From contig OZ024746.1 in assembly GCA_964016885.1 (NCBI GenBank), positions 92,070,001 through 92,134,000 of the forward strand: a stretch of 64,000 bases of DNA. The letters are read 5' to 3'. Shown in pieces: positions 12,520 to 25,480 of this stretch (its first letter is position 1; each line of letters opens with the position of its first letter). The translations under genes and the position numbers were made by a program. This DNA comes from Eledone cirrhosa (taxonomy: Eukaryota). Under the pieces are notes generated by a model, which saw nothing but the letters and a program-made list of their open reading frames with translations, was not told the DNA's origin and ran no database searches.

Positions 12520-12848
12520 CCCTTCACCATTTCCATTACTTTACCTCACATAATATCTCACATAACATTTACATTACTCTATATATACTATTGTATTTTC
12601 ACAGTAAAGGCTTTACTTCACATAATATCACATAACATTTACATTACTCTATATATAGTATTATATTTTCATGGTAAAGGCTTTACCTCACATAATTATC
12701 TCACATAATATCGAATCTATGAGATTTTGATATTATTCATTTTGAGAACAATACCTTAACCTAAGTATGAGTAGCTGGTTATGGTTGGTTTGAACAGAAA
12801 GAGGTGAGAGAATTCTGGCCGGATACAGCTGGTTTAAATGCTAAAGGG
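12520..12848. mobile_element. piggyBac-type MITE, inverted relative to 11080-11286
   Basis: TTAA|CCCTT...AAAGGG|TTAA with an internal duplication. Confidence 0.75.
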
Positions 12849-13719
12849 TTAATATTGATGCTTATAGCAATATTTAAATACCCAAGGATATTTAGACCAG
12901 TGGACAAATATGTTCGTTTATTTAGGCTGAACAGTGAGTCCAATGACCCTGAGATAAACAGTCAAAACCCCAGAGTTACAACACTCACTATTCAGCCTTA
13001 ATAAAATGAATATTAAAACTCTACTTTGGTATTGAGAACTTTTTTCTCTCAGCCATCAACCACATATGATGATGATGATGATATATATATATGTATATAT
13101 ATAAGTTTGTGTTACAATGTAAAGGAGAAGTGTTTCAAATGAACACTCACTATTATATAGTGGAGAATGTATATTTATTTCACATGATTTATTCTTACAA
13201 ATAGGATCATGTTAGTAGTTTATTTATTGACCCTGAAAGGATGAAAGACAAAGTTGACCTTGCTGGGATTTGAACTTATAGAATAGCAAAACAAATACCA
13301 TTCACCATTTTATCTTCTGTTATAGCAACCCTGCCAAATTGCCACCTTAAAACAAAGAAATACTGCATTTAGTATGGTACCCATTTTTATCATTCTACCA
13401 ATCTTAATAAGACTTTCTAACTTTAGAATAGGACCACATATGTAAATGATTGTTCAGTATCATCATGGTTTGGATAGATTATCGTGGTCTAAGATCAGAT
13501 GGGCCATCTTGCCGGTGTCTTACTTATTTGGCAAGGTTTCTACTTTTAAACAGAGTGTACTGGGTGTGTTTTATCAGCAACACTAGAGAGCTTGTCACTC
13601 AGTCAGTCCTCTCAAACAGTATATTATCTCCGTGTGATCACCAAACATTCTAGTCTCTCCCCACATTTACTTTTAATGTCACATTGTTTGTACTTGTTGC
13701 TGGGTCTTATATTATAACA

Positions 13720-14092
13720 CAGAGGTTCTCAAACCTTTTGGGCCACCCCACCCCTCACCACCACATAATACCCTCAGTACCCCCAACCCTATTTCCAGAG
13801 AGACTTCCTACACAAAAATTGTAAAATGATATATAATAAGTAGAATTGTTAATTTATATATAATAAATAAAATTATTAATTTATATATAATAAATAAAAT
13901 TATTAATTTATATATAATAAATAATATAATATATACTATGTATAAATAAATAACAAATATTTTTTATTTTATTATATTTATATATAGTATGTATCATTTG
14001 ATATTTAATATACTATTATATCATCTCTACTGCCCCCCCCCCTGGACCTTCTCAACACTCTTGGGGGATAGCGTCCACTTTGAGAACCTCTG
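13720..14092. mobile_element. hAT MITE
   Basis: TIR CAGAGGTTCTCAAA/TTTGAGAACCTCTG and 8-bp TSD ttataaca/ttatagca. Confidence 0.85.
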
Positions 14093-14549
14093 TTATAGCA
14101 TATCACCTTTTCAGCTTGGGCCCCTGTCACTTGTGAGGTTCAGTTTCTTGAAGTCATTCTTCACAACTTCATCCCTTGTCTTCCTTGAATATCCCCTCTT
14201 CCACAGGTTCAACCCACATCAAGTAGCCACAACTCTCACTCCCCTTCTCTATCACATCTCCATACCAGTGCCATCACCTTCTAAGCTACATACAATTCCA
14301 GTTATACTTCACTTTTCTCTCAGTTTATTGATCAGTCGTTGATCAACCAAGAGGAGTTAAAGACGAAATAGAATCTGCTAAGAATTGAACTCCGAATGTA
14401 AGATATGTAAGACATAACTCTGGGAGTAGGTGATAAGCTAATAAAATTAACACTGGTCATATATTGGTCAGTAGATTCATTCAACTGTACAACTTCACTC
14501 TGCAATTTTGGGGCTTTGAGCTATTGTAAAATATTGTTAATAATAATAA

Positions 14550-14890
14550 TAGTTTGTGATTTAGGCACAAGGCCAGCAATTTTGTGGAGGGGAAAATTGA
14601 TTAAATCAACCCCAGTGCCTTACTGGTACTTTATTTTATCGGTCCCGTAAGGATGAATGCAAGGCTAACTTTGGCAGGATTTGAACTCAGACCATAAAGG
14701 GTCGTATAGCCAAAAGTCTATGGCATAAAGCATATTGTCCAATGCTCTACTGATTCTGCCAATGGTGTCTGATATAGGCACAAGGCCAGCAATTTGGGGA
14801 GGGGAAAAGTCAATTAATTCAATCCCAATACATTACTGGTACTTTATTTTATCGACCCTGTAAGGATGAAAGTTAACCTTGGCAGGACTT
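14550..14890 (-). mobile_element. Two adjacent family A SINE copies
   Basis: GGCACAAGGCCAGCAATT...CTGGTACTTTATTTTATCG...GGATTTGAAC. Confidence 0.8.
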
Positions 14891-14899
14891 GAACATGAC

Positions 14900-15240
14900 A
14901 ATGTTGATGATGATGATGATGATGATGTTGGTGATGATGATGATGACATTGTTAACGATGATGATGACATTGTTGACGATGATGACATTGTTGATGATGA
15001 TGATGATGACGTTGCTGTTGATGACGATATTGGTGATGATGATGATGATGGTGGTGATGACATTGCTGTTGATGATGATGTTGGTGATGATGATGATGAT
15101 GACATTGCTGTTGATGATGATATTGGTGATGATGATGATGATGGTGGTGATGACATTAATGATGGTGATAACACTGATGATGATGACAACAACACTGATG
15201 ATGATGACCACAACAACAACAGCAACAATGATGACAATGG
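14900..15240. repeat. Degenerate (GAT)n microsatellite
   Basis: Source of the poly-Asp/Met/Ser/Ile pseudo-ORFs. Confidence 0.95.
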
Positions 15241-15577
15241 TAGCAACTCAGTATGGTGACGACAATGCCAGTTGTAGCAAATATCAACAAATTATTGTTG
15301 ATATTTTTACATAATTCAATTAGCAAGTGTTCCAATTTTCCTCCCACTTTTCCTCATGTTCTTCTAATGTCAATAACAATATTCCTCGAACTTTCACCAC
15401 AAAACAACTAAATGCACGTAATTTAACAAATTATTGATTGTGCACTGAAACGCTCTCAACTGATTACTTATGATCCTAGTATTCGTTAAAGTCGTTTGTA
15501 TAATTAAAATTCCAAGCAGTTTCAGATTTACTAATCATATTATTTCATTTAGAAAATATGTTATTTTATCTATCTAC

Positions 15578-16460
15578 TAGCATTAAAGCCCGGCGTTGCT
15601 CGGGGTCAGTAAGTTACCAAAGTTAGGTTGCACCACCCATTTTATGGCAGCACTTTTTTGTCTGCCAGGCACTGGGTGAATGAATTGCAGACCTGGACTG
15701 CCGAAGCAGGAGCTGCGCCAGCAGTGACAATTGTAGTTTCGCCTATGGATATTATCTCTGTGCAAAGAAGTGTTGAAATTTATTGTTTCACAGTACTTGC
15801 GCAACACGTGCGTAGACGATGCCAGCTGAACAACAGAGCTGCGATGGAGTTGTTCTGCATGGTTGTCTAATGTGTGTTTTCTAAATTTAAGACAGTAGGG
15901 AGTGGTGTGATATGGGGGAGAGTTAGCTGCTGTTTCTAGCAGGTTTAGTGACCACATAGAGGATATTATTGTGTATAGAAAATGAACTGATACTTCTTTC
16001 TTTCACGTTCGTTGGTAGATGTTTTAAAAAAGATTTATCGCTATTTTTTTTTATTGTTGAATAAATTTATTTGTTGCTTTTGAATAATTGTTGTTCCGTA
16101 TGAAATGTAATAAGTTCTCTTTGTCATTGAAGTAAATAAATGTTTGACCGTTCCACACTCAAATACAAACGTTCTCTCTCTCCCTCTCATTCTCTCTCTC
16201 TTAAAGTTTAAGGGGAGTAGAGAGAGATTATCTGATTGTATTAGAGGGGTAAAGCGTCATGTATTTAGTTTTATCGATTATTTCCGTGATTGTGGGTGAG
16301 TGTGAATGAAATAAATAGTCGTTGACCTAAGTTAGACCATTTACAACATTCTTACAGACTTTGAGTTGAATCGGTTTGAAATTGTGCAAATGTATAAACA
16401 TGGAACATGCACACACACACACACACAACAACAACAATCTGCCTTTTATAGATAATGATG
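15578..16460 (-). mobile_element. Non-autonomous Helitron
   Basis: Reverse-strand 3' hairpin CCCGAGCAACGCCGGG with CTAG|T at 15578, and 5' TCATTATCTATAAAAGGCAG near 16460. Confidence 0.55.
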
Positions 16461-16468
16461 ATGATATA

Positions 16469-17762
16469 TCTAAAACAGAGAATGTCTGTCTGTCTGTCTG
16501 CCTGTCTGACTCCCTAAAACTCGAGAACCACACAAACGATTGTTTTCAAACTTTACACATGTAATACTTATGGTCTTGTGAGTGTTTTGAGCAAAAACTA
16601 TTTCAAATTATCAATGCCCTAGGCACCGCATTAGGTGATTTAGTGATCTCTCTCTATAATTCTTAGTCTTTCTTTTTAGATAACTACATAGATATAACGA
16701 TGCGCCCTTATAATATCTGTCTGTATGTCTGGCTGTCTGCATTACGACATTATGACACTATATGTGTGTGTGTGTATATATGTATATATAGTGTGTGTAT
16801 ATATATAGTGTGTAGCGTTTTTTGAAATATTTACTTCTGCGTTCACAGATTGATTTTTTTAGTTTCAGAAGATCCCGTTAAGGGTGAAAGCAGCGATTCT
16901 TTGCTTGAACTTTAATCTCTTATTTTAATATATAATTATATATATATATATATATAATTATATAAGCCTGCATCCTCCGATGGATGTGTAATAGTAATAT
17001 ATGCGAACGGCAAAGTATAAATGAATTGAGAGAGAGACTGAGCATCAGAGGAATCAAATGCTGTGTGCAGGCGAGGAGGTTACTTTAGTATGGACATGTG
17101 ATGCGTATAAAGGATGACAGCTGCATAAAAAGGTGCAGAGCACTAGAAGTCGATGGAAGCCGCGGAGTCCAAGAAGACCTGGGATAAGGTGATAACGGCC
17201 GACCTTACCCAATTGTACCTCTCAAGAGCAATGACACACGACCGTGACCTCTGGCATCACGCAGTAATACAGAAGACCCCCCCCCCCCCACAGGAACAAG
17301 CCGAAGCTGAAGCATGTAGACAAAATGCCCCCACACCCTCCCACTACAAAATGGTCGTAGAGGTGCCATGGCAAAAAAGCATCCAGCTCACACTGTAAAG
17401 TGGATGTGTAGGCGCCACAGCAAAAAAGCACCCAGCACTCACTGTAAATGAGGTTGGTGTTAGGAAGGGCATCCAGCTGCAGAAATCAAGCCAGAATCAG
17501 TTCCTGTATGAGCAAGACAAGGTCAGCCGACTGGACACTGCCCACAACAGGACAACCCTTCTAACCCATGCTAGCGTGGAAGAACGGACGTAAAACGATG
17601 ATGATGATGATGATGATGATTTGTGTACAGATATTTTTGCATACACAATAACAAAATATAAACAAATGTATTTATTTCACGAGACTCGATAAGGATAAAT
17701 ATATATCAAATATATAAGAACCCTAGAGCAAATCCCAAGCAATGCCAGGCGATTCTGCTAGT
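16469..17762 (+). mobile_element. Helitron related to 5752-6650, with a nested RTE 3' fragment (about 16965-17620)
   Basis: Shared 5' CCCTAAAACTCGAGAA...CAAACTTTACACATGTAATACTTA and 3' CCCAAGCAATGCCAGG...CTAGT. The nested part resembles 37990-38740 and ends in (GAT)n. Confidence 0.65.
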
Positions 17763-17860
17763 AAAAACTATAATAATCCTTAGATTACATTACATTTTTT
17801 TGTTTCTTTACAGAAGTAGGGGTTTTTTTAAATCATATTACTAAAAATGTTTTTAATTTA

Positions 17861-18025
17861 CTGTATTTCCCGGCACCAAAGATGCTCCATCTTCGGGGAC
17901 ACACCCTAATTATGACAACCGAAAATTTGAAAAAAAATATACACAGCCTTCCTCCTCCAGGATGCATGGTAGATTTTTGAGGCTTATTTTAGAAAAAAGT
18001 AGCATCTTCAACGCCGGAAATATGG
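17861..18025. mobile_element. Tc1/pogo-type MITE
   Basis: TA|CTGTATTTCCCGGC...GCCGGAAATATGG|TA. Confidence 0.65.
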
Positions 18026-18174
18026 TACTTCATAATTTATTTATTTGCATTAGTTCGGTCTGAAGGAAGAGGCTGCACCCGTGACCGTTATAGAGCCTCT
18101 AAAACTGGTGATATGGATAGCCACAACATTAAATTACGTTTTAAGAAAATCATCAGATATATGTATAAGTATGC

Positions 18175-18385
18175 AGGCGCATGGCTTAGTGGTTAGAGTG
18201 TTGTGCTTACAATCGGGAGGTTGTGAGTTTGATTCTCAAACCGAGCTTTGCGTTGTGTTCTTGAACAAGACATTTTATTTCACATTGTTCCAGTTCACTC
18301 GGCTGTAGAAATGAGTTGTGACATCACTGGTGCCAAGCTGTATCAGCCTTTGTCTTTCCCTTGGACAACATCGGTGGAGAGGGGA
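18175..18385 (+). mobile_element. tRNA-derived SINE family B (other copies at about 23085-23330, 41317-41545, 45972-46305, 53420-53670)
   Basis: GCGCATGGCTTAGTGGTTAGAG A box, GAGTTYRATTC B box and shared CTTGAGCAAGACACTTTATTTCAC core. Confidence 0.8.
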
Positions 18386-18929
18386 GACAGGAAGAAACCA
18401 ATGAAAGCAAAAGATTGGCTGCAATCTAAGGATTCTTTACATTTGAACATTATTGCATGTAGACACTCTGGCAGTTGTTAGAGTTATTAACATCTAAATA
18501 ATGTGGGTGGCTGGTTATTAGAGTTATTAACATTTATATTTGGATTTATATTTTACATTAAACATCTACTTTTGCTGAAAATGACCAATAAATATATTTT
18601 TCTGATAATTTATGTTAATCTTTCCATTACCATATTTCTAATGAAAGACTGTCTATAATTTTCAAATCATTTTGAAAATAATCAAGGATTTAGTAATATA
18701 ACTAACTTTCTCATTATTAAGCTGGGGGGGTTTTGTTTGTTTTTTTTTAGCATAACTTATTAAATGTTCTTAGATAAAATGATTTAAGGTTTTTAGATAA
18801 ATTGATCATATATACTCGAATATAAACAAGGATATTTGACCAAAAAAACTACGGTAAAATGGTAGTGCATGTGACTATTCTGTATTTAGTAGAGAAGTTC
18901 TACATGGCACCCTTTACTGTAAGTAAAAT

Positions 18930-19510
18930 ATTCTGGAAGGCAGGAAGCTGAATTAAGAGCAAGAATTACAGGAGTTGGCGCAGTAATGCCCCAGCTTCAG
19001 CATTCAGTAATCAGAAGAAGGAAGGTAGGGGTAAAAACCAAACTCGCTATCTTCAATTTCACATTTCTACCAACCCTTACCTATAGTCATGAATCTTGGA
19101 TAATGACCGAAAGAATACAATCGTGAATACAAGTGGCCGAAATGGGATTTCTTCAAGGAGTCTTCGGAGTAAGGTTACTCAATAGAGTGTGTAACTCACA
19201 GATCAGAGAGTCACTCCAAGTAGAGCCACTACTTCTCTGAATTGAGAGATCACAGCTCCAATACTACGGGTATATGGTTAGAATGTCTTAGGAAAGAATC
19301 ACTGGTCAGATTTTATTAGCAAAACCAACCAGTAGGAGACCCAGGGATTGACCCCATGCAAGATGGTTGGATAACATCCATGAGCTTGGCTGGTCATGCT
19401 TGGGGATCCATCCAGATCAGTTGGAGATGGTTGCTTCTGACAGGACCTGCTGGAAGGAGTGCTGGAGGACTCTGCCACAAGACCCTCTCAGGAATAAATG
19501 GGCGAAGAAG
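18930..19510 (+). mobile_element. RTE (Expander-like) LINE 3' fragment
   Basis: Decayed frame FLPTLTYSHESWIMTER..QVAEMGFL..GVRLLNRV..IRESLQVEPLLL.IERSQLQY and a GAA tail. Confidence 0.8.
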
Positions 19511-19957
19511 AAGGTTCTACATGATTGCTTCACCTGCTAGAAATAGAGGCCAAATCTCCCTCAAATCACACCCCACTATCTTAAAAAATAGGATGAATAC
19601 CTTAGAATATAGTCCTAGATACACTGAATGTGAGAAACAAATGATGTAGTTGTGGTTGGAATACCTTTGATCCTAAACTGGTCAGTCTGACCTAAAGCTA
19701 ATCAACACCAACTAGCATGATGGCATGTAAGAGCCACTATACAGATGGACTGGTCAACATGCTAGAAAGAGCAGCCAAACCTCCTTCAAGTCACATTCTA
19801 CTATTTTTTTTAAAAAAGGAGAAATAATTATGGTTGAAATGTGTTCCGTCACAAGTTTGCTGGATTATGGCTGACTTTGGGTTGAACAATAACAATAAAA
19901 GGCAGTACCTTTCAACAGTGAAGTTCAGAACCAAGAATATTATGTACCCCTCAACTG

Positions 19958-20670
19958 GTGGATTGGCAGTATCGGTAGAGGGTCGGACGCCATGCTTTCC
20001 AGCAGAGTTACGCCCCTTTACGATCTGAGTTCAAATCCCGCCGAGGTTGACTTTGCCTTTCATCCTTACGGGGTCGATAAAATAAAGTACCAGTAATGCA
20101 CTGGGTAATTGCTGGCCTTGTGCCTAAAGTAGAAACAATTATGTACCCCTCAACTGTTGGTATTGTTACTTAATTCCGGCTCAGAGATGTTAAGGCTACA
20201 CGTGTCTGTGGAATGTTTAGCCACTTACATGTTTCATGAGCAGGCTGTTCTGTTGATTAAACAACTGGATCACTCATCTTTGAAACTGGTGGAGGTCCAT
20301 CAGATGTTACATCCAGTTTCACATGGCAGTATTGGTAGAGGGTTGGATGTCATGCTGTGCAGCATAGAGTTACAGCCCTTTACCATCTGAGTTCAAATGC
20401 CGCCGAGGTTAACTTTGCCTTTCATCCTTACAGAGTTGATAAAATAAAGCACCAGTAATACACTGGGGTAATTGCTGGCCTTGTGCCAAAAGTAGAAACA
20501 ATTATTCACAGTAGGAGGGCGGTGGGTTGGCAGAATTGTTAAAGTATCCAACAAAATGCTTTGCATCATTTAGTTACACCCCTTTACATTCTGAATTTAG
20601 CTTTGCCTTTTAACCTTATGAGGTTGACAACATAAAATACCAGTAACGTACTGGGGTCGATTTAAGTGAC
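19958..20670 (+). mobile_element. Cluster of three family A SINEs (other copies at 1723-1930, 2080-2280, 4050-4220, 13200-13350, 26370-26548, 32237-32445, 47595-47840, 51671-51856, 60748-60930, 61650-61828)
   Basis: GGATTGGCAGTATCGGTAGAG A box, GAGTTCAAATCCC B box and core CTTTGCCTTTCATCCTTACGGGGTCGATAAAATAAAGTACCAG; resembles octopus tRNA-SINEs. Confidence 0.85.
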
Positions 20671-20717
20671 CACCACCACCACCACCATTATTCCACAGTA
20701 GGGCGCTGTCTCTAAAG

Positions 20718-21087
20718 CAACATTTCTCAACCTTTTTACCCTTGTGGAACCCTTGAAATAGTTTCCATATTTCAGGGAATCCTGCATAAAAATTGTAACA
20801 TACCATTCTAACCCATGCTATTGTGGAAGCTAGACATTAAAACGATGATGATGACCGTTATAAATATTTCTTTTACAGGTTGAAGCCTTTATTATAATAA
20901 CCAAGGATTTTCCAACAATATGTTGTACGTGTCTACTAGAATTATTCAAAAATACATCAACTTATTTATCACTGTTTCTCATGGAAACCCTAGCGAGCTC
21001 TTGTGGAACCCTAGCGACCTCTGGTGGAACCCTAGCAACCTCTTGTGGAACCCTAGGGTTCTGGGGAACACTGTTTGAGAAACGCTG
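20718..21087. mobile_element. hAT MITE with a short internal 21-bp tandem (GGAACCCTAGC...)
   Basis: Termini CAACATTTCTCAAC/TTTGAGAAACGCTG and TSD ctctaaag/ctctcaag. Confidence 0.8.
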
Positions 21088-21169
21088 CTCTCAAGGACTT
21101 ATTTGATCAATTTGTGTGTTCTCCTATTTATGATTTATTTCTATCTGATAATTTATTTGTTTACTCTAG

Positions 21170-21272
21170 AAAGATTGCAAGTGTTGTTATATCTGGAAGA
21201 CAGTATATCCCAGCTTCTGGAGTACAAAGATGATAACCCCAAAGTCAGCATAATTAAGTTTATGAATGAATA
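21170..21272 (+). CDS. CSTPP1: CSTPP1 coding exon 2 (ERLQVLLYLEDSISQLLEYKDDNPKVSIIKFMNEY)
   Basis: Acceptor ttactctag| and donor TA|gtaagt, phase 1 to 2. Similar to recalled human VLTYMEDAVCQLLE...IARFFTEY. Confidence 0.92.
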
Positions 21273-21629
21273 GTAAGTTTGGTTTTCTTTTCTTTTTTTT
21301 TTTTTTGTCGTCGTCGTCTTCTTCTTCTTCTTCTTCTTCTTCTTCTTCTTCTTCTTCTTCTTCTTCTTCTTCTTCTCCATTTTCTTCTTCTTCTTCGTTT
21401 TCTTCTTCTTCTCCATTTTCTTCTTTTTCTTCTTCTTCGTTTTCTTCTTCTTCTCCTCCCCTCCTCCTCCCCTCTCCTCCCCCTCCCTCCTACTCATTCC
21501 TGAGAGGGTCCTGGAGGCACAGTCCTCTCTCTAGTTTATATATAACACCCCTCTGTCTCTTGTAATGTGTATAATGTTTTTAGCCCTGATGACCAATATG
21601 GAAATCTTTATTATATATTTTATTACCAG

Positions 21630-21760
21630 TTTTCAGAGTGTAAAGAATGGTACCCACGTTATGTTCAGAGAATTTGAATTCATTAATGCTACTCTACACA
21701 ACAGGAAATCTTTCATTAAATTGTTCTGGAGATGTTTTCAACAAGTTGGAAAAAAAGGAG
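21630..21760 (+). CDS. CSTPP1: CSTPP1 coding exon 3 (FQSVKNGTHVMFREFEFINATLHNRKSFIKLFWRCFQQVGKKG)
   Basis: Acceptor tattaccag| and donor G|gtttgt. Strong match to recalled human FNSVCQGTHILFREFSFVQATPHNRVSFLRAFWRCFRTVGKNG; contained in ORF 21565..21936. Confidence 0.95.
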
Positions 21761-22739
21761 GTTTGTTATTGATCTTGTTGTTGTTGTTGATGTTGTTATT
21801 GATCTTGTTATTGATCTTGTTGTTGATATTTAGCCCAAGGTTATCCCTGATCAAGCAGATCTATGATCAAAAGCAGACAGCATTTAAACCAGCCATATCT
21901 GGCCAGAATTCTCTCACCTTTTTCTGTTCAAACTGACTGTAACAAGCGACTCATACTTATGTTAAGGTATTGTTCTCAATATAAATAATATCAAAAACTC
22001 ATAGATTCGATATTATGTGAGATAAAGTGTTTACCACAAAAATACAATAGTAACTGTAGAGTAATGTAAATGTTAAAAGGTTAAACAGAGTATTTAGGAT
22101 TACATTAGTCAATGCAATCTCCTTCTTTTTAAGATTTTAAGGTGTGATTTGAGGGAGAGAGATTCAGTAATTTGAAGAAATTTCTAGAAATCTAGAAATC
22201 TCTTCATTGGTTCAAAAGCAGGTTTGTTCAATAAATATAAAGATGAAGATTTGATCTGTAACTTTCCCTTTTTCTCTTCCTCTCACTTTCTCCTGCTCTC
22301 TCTCTCTTCCTCACTCTCTCTTTCTCACCCTCCCTCTATCTTTTCACCCCTCTCTCTATCCCTCCCTATCAACTGTCCCTGTAGCACTTAAGGGTTGGTA
22401 GGTCCTTATTTTGAGGGATGACCATATAAAATGGATTTTACATCAAAGGAAGAAAATAAGTTTGGAGAGTCTAGGGATAAATGAGAATGAGTTGAAGAGG
22501 TTTATGGCATAGTTGCTGTCCTTAAAAAGGAATAAGACAGAGACAAGGGGTATCAACAGTTTATCAAAATACCTGGAGAGAAATTTGGTAGGATAACTAC
22601 TGAGGGAAACAATGTAGATTTCAGTGAGGAAGTAAATGGTGGAGGTTTGTTGCAACAGGGAATGGAGTTTAAATAGTTATAGAGTTTCTTAGATATATCA
22701 TCTGTAGAAGGCCAAGAAATAGCTAAGAATGGAGTGTTT

Positions 22740-22970
22740 TTGTTACCAACCCAGCCAAAACCAGCTCTGGTTCTATGAAATAAAACCACCCATTTTAAAG
22801 GTTTCTAATTTAAATTAAAATCTTCCAACATAATTTTATATAAGAACCTTACATTAAGTTACTATCTTAGTAATGAAATAATTAATAATTTTAGTAAATT
22901 CCTCAAAATTCTTCATTAATTAATTAAAATGGAGTGTATTTCATTAGAAATATGGTCATGAAAGGGCTAA
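22740..22970. mobile_element. piggyBac-type MITE; inverted near-identical copy at 29136-29374
   Basis: Reverse-complement match over about 230 bp; the 29136 copy has TTAA|CC...GGG|TTAA ends. Confidence 0.75.
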
Positions 22971-25199
22971 ATAGTTGTAGAGTCTCTTAGAAAGATCATC
23001 TGTAGGTCAAGAATGGGTTAAATGTAATATTATTTCCAATGTTAATACTGCCCTGTTTCCTGGTAAGTGTATGAGATTTGTCAAGGCACATGGCTTAGTG
23101 GTTAGAGAGCTGGATTCACAATCGTGAGGTTGGGAGTTCAATTCTCAGGCTGGGCGATGCATTATGTCCTTTAACAAGACAGTTTATTTCCTGTTTCTCC
23201 TTCTGCCAGGAGTTGCAACCAGTTGATAGTATTAGCAATTAGAAAGACCAATGGAAACATTGTTTCTTTGGTCCAATCTGACAAAGTCCACCCTACTCAG
23301 TAAGAGAATGAAGTATAGGATCTTGTCAATTCAGATTGGATATGACATTTCATATATAAATTAGGGTAATGTCACTTAAAGATAGAATTATTCTCCTTAT
23401 AAGGAGTAAATTATATATTTTGGGGATTATTTCTAGTTATCAAATCATATATTAAAAATAAAATTTTCAGAAATTAAAATTACTTTCTTTTTTAACCCTT
23501 TAGATATTCTAAACTGCCTGAAACCACCCCTGGTTCTATATTACAAAACTGTTTGTTTTAAAGTGACTATATTTATCTAAAAATTTGCCATTATAATTTT
23601 GGCAGTGGAGACTTCTGGTGTCCTTGGCCCTAGGGCCACCTTCCTGCTCACCACCATTAGCACAGAGTTGGCTTCCCACAGGTGTGAACTTCCAGCACAT
23701 CTCTGTCACCATCTTCCAGGGAAACACCTTTTCTATTCTGTCTGCTGGGGCCACAGGGCAGCCAGCATATGGGTCTCCATTTGCTCACAATAGTAAGAGA
23801 TGGGGGGAGCAGGAAAGATGGGGGCGGTGACAGTGGGAGTTTGGTTCTTTTGTGTTCGGACCTGGAATATATGAAAGAGAATGAGTAGAAAGTTGAATAA
23901 AAGAAAGTCTTGGTATATTTAGTTATATCTCTTAACCCTCTGAAGGCTGGTTTATTTAATGAATTACTTCCTTGATACTGTATTAAGAGGAGATCACTCT
24001 ATCAACACATTCAGTCATCCACATCACCAAGAGAGTTAATGGTCTTAGTTTCAATCTTTCCTGTCCCTCAAATTCCGTGATTCGATCTCACTATCTCAAA
24101 ATATTTGACATTTTATGTAAGAACTTTTGCTAAGTTATGTTCCAAACAACAGCCAGCTTAATAATGAGAAAGTTGATAATATTGTTAAGTCCCTCAAAAT
24201 TCATGATTCTTTTTGAAATTATTTGAAAACCATTTGCAGTATCTTTCATTAGAAATATGGTAATGAAAAGAAAGGTTAATATGAGAATGCTATTGACTTT
24301 TTCTTAGCTCCTGATTAAAGTAGACATTTTCTTTCCTTGAACAGATCTAATTGTTAAATTAGAAGTTTCCTCACAGCTTTACCTTTCTCTATATGTCTTA
24401 TTACATTTCCTTATAGATTGTGCTTTCTCTGACCCCTTCTTGATAATATCGGGAATTTTTCCAGGTTCTCTTTAGATCTTCAATTATATTTTTACCTTTC
24501 CATCAAAGACAGTTGATAATATTTCTTACCTTTTCCTTATCTTACTAATTTAACTGCTAAACATCTAAAAAAAACTTTTAAAATTGCCTGATATTTACTG
24601 CTTTCACCAATATCTTCACTGTATTTTCTCTGAATTGTAAAATAGCTTCTCAGTAACAAAATACCAATGTTAATTAAATCATATTAGGACTTAGGAATGT
24701 GTTGTATTCAATTTGAATTCAATATGAGCTTAACAAGCAAGTAACAAGATGGTATGACTGACATTACAACAAATAAATTCTAATAAAATAATATATATAT
24801 ACATATTTAATATAGAAATAGCTTCTACAGGACTTGAACTGTTTCATTCGGAGTAAATCATCAAGAAAGCCAACTGTCAATGTGTTATGGTGGTATTTAT
24901 ATATTTTCTGGTGGTAGTGGAGGGTGGTGATTGGGATGGGTGGAGATCATTGGCTATAGATTTTCAAGAATGGGGATTCTTTGAAAAAACTATATTTAGA
25001 GAAAAATACATGGTGATAGAGACTGATACAAATGCAGGCACTGCTAATATTCAAGGTTCATTTATTCTAAGCAAACAAAGAGATTTCATTAAGTGGTTGT
25101 ATTAACATGCTCTATTAAAGAATGGTGAAGTCTGCAAATGGTAAGGTGTTTACAATTACACACACATACATAGACATATATATATATATATATACATCC

Positions 25200-25480
25200 A
25201 TTCCATTGTTATTTGATGATATACAAACTCTGCAACTTGAGCAATTTGCTAGTTGGAGATTGGCATTGTTTTTATCAGTTGTCATACATTTTGTTTTGGA
25301 GATGTTGATGTGTAAGCCAGCCTCCAACGAATGTTTGGCCAGTACATTCAGAAAGTCTTGCAGATCAGTTCCAGAGTAACTCATGATGGCCAGATCATCT
25401 GCATAGCTAAGATTTGATAAGATTTTACCTCCTATTTGATAGCCAGAGGAGCATTCTTCTTCAGTTTGGTAGATAAGTGC
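25200..25480 (-). mobile_element. LINE RT fragment
   Basis: GYQIGGKILSNLSYADDLAI...GLHINISKTKCM in ORF 25115..25549. Confidence 0.8.

Noticed and set aside
14833-15347. Poly-Asp/Ser/Met ORFs (also 21153-21565, 34336-34671, 46261-47505, 57883-58411)
   Set aside because: Trinucleotide microsatellites.
18175-18250. tRNA genes
   Set aside because: The A/B boxes belong to SINE heads; there is no complete cloverleaf and each continues into a SINE body.
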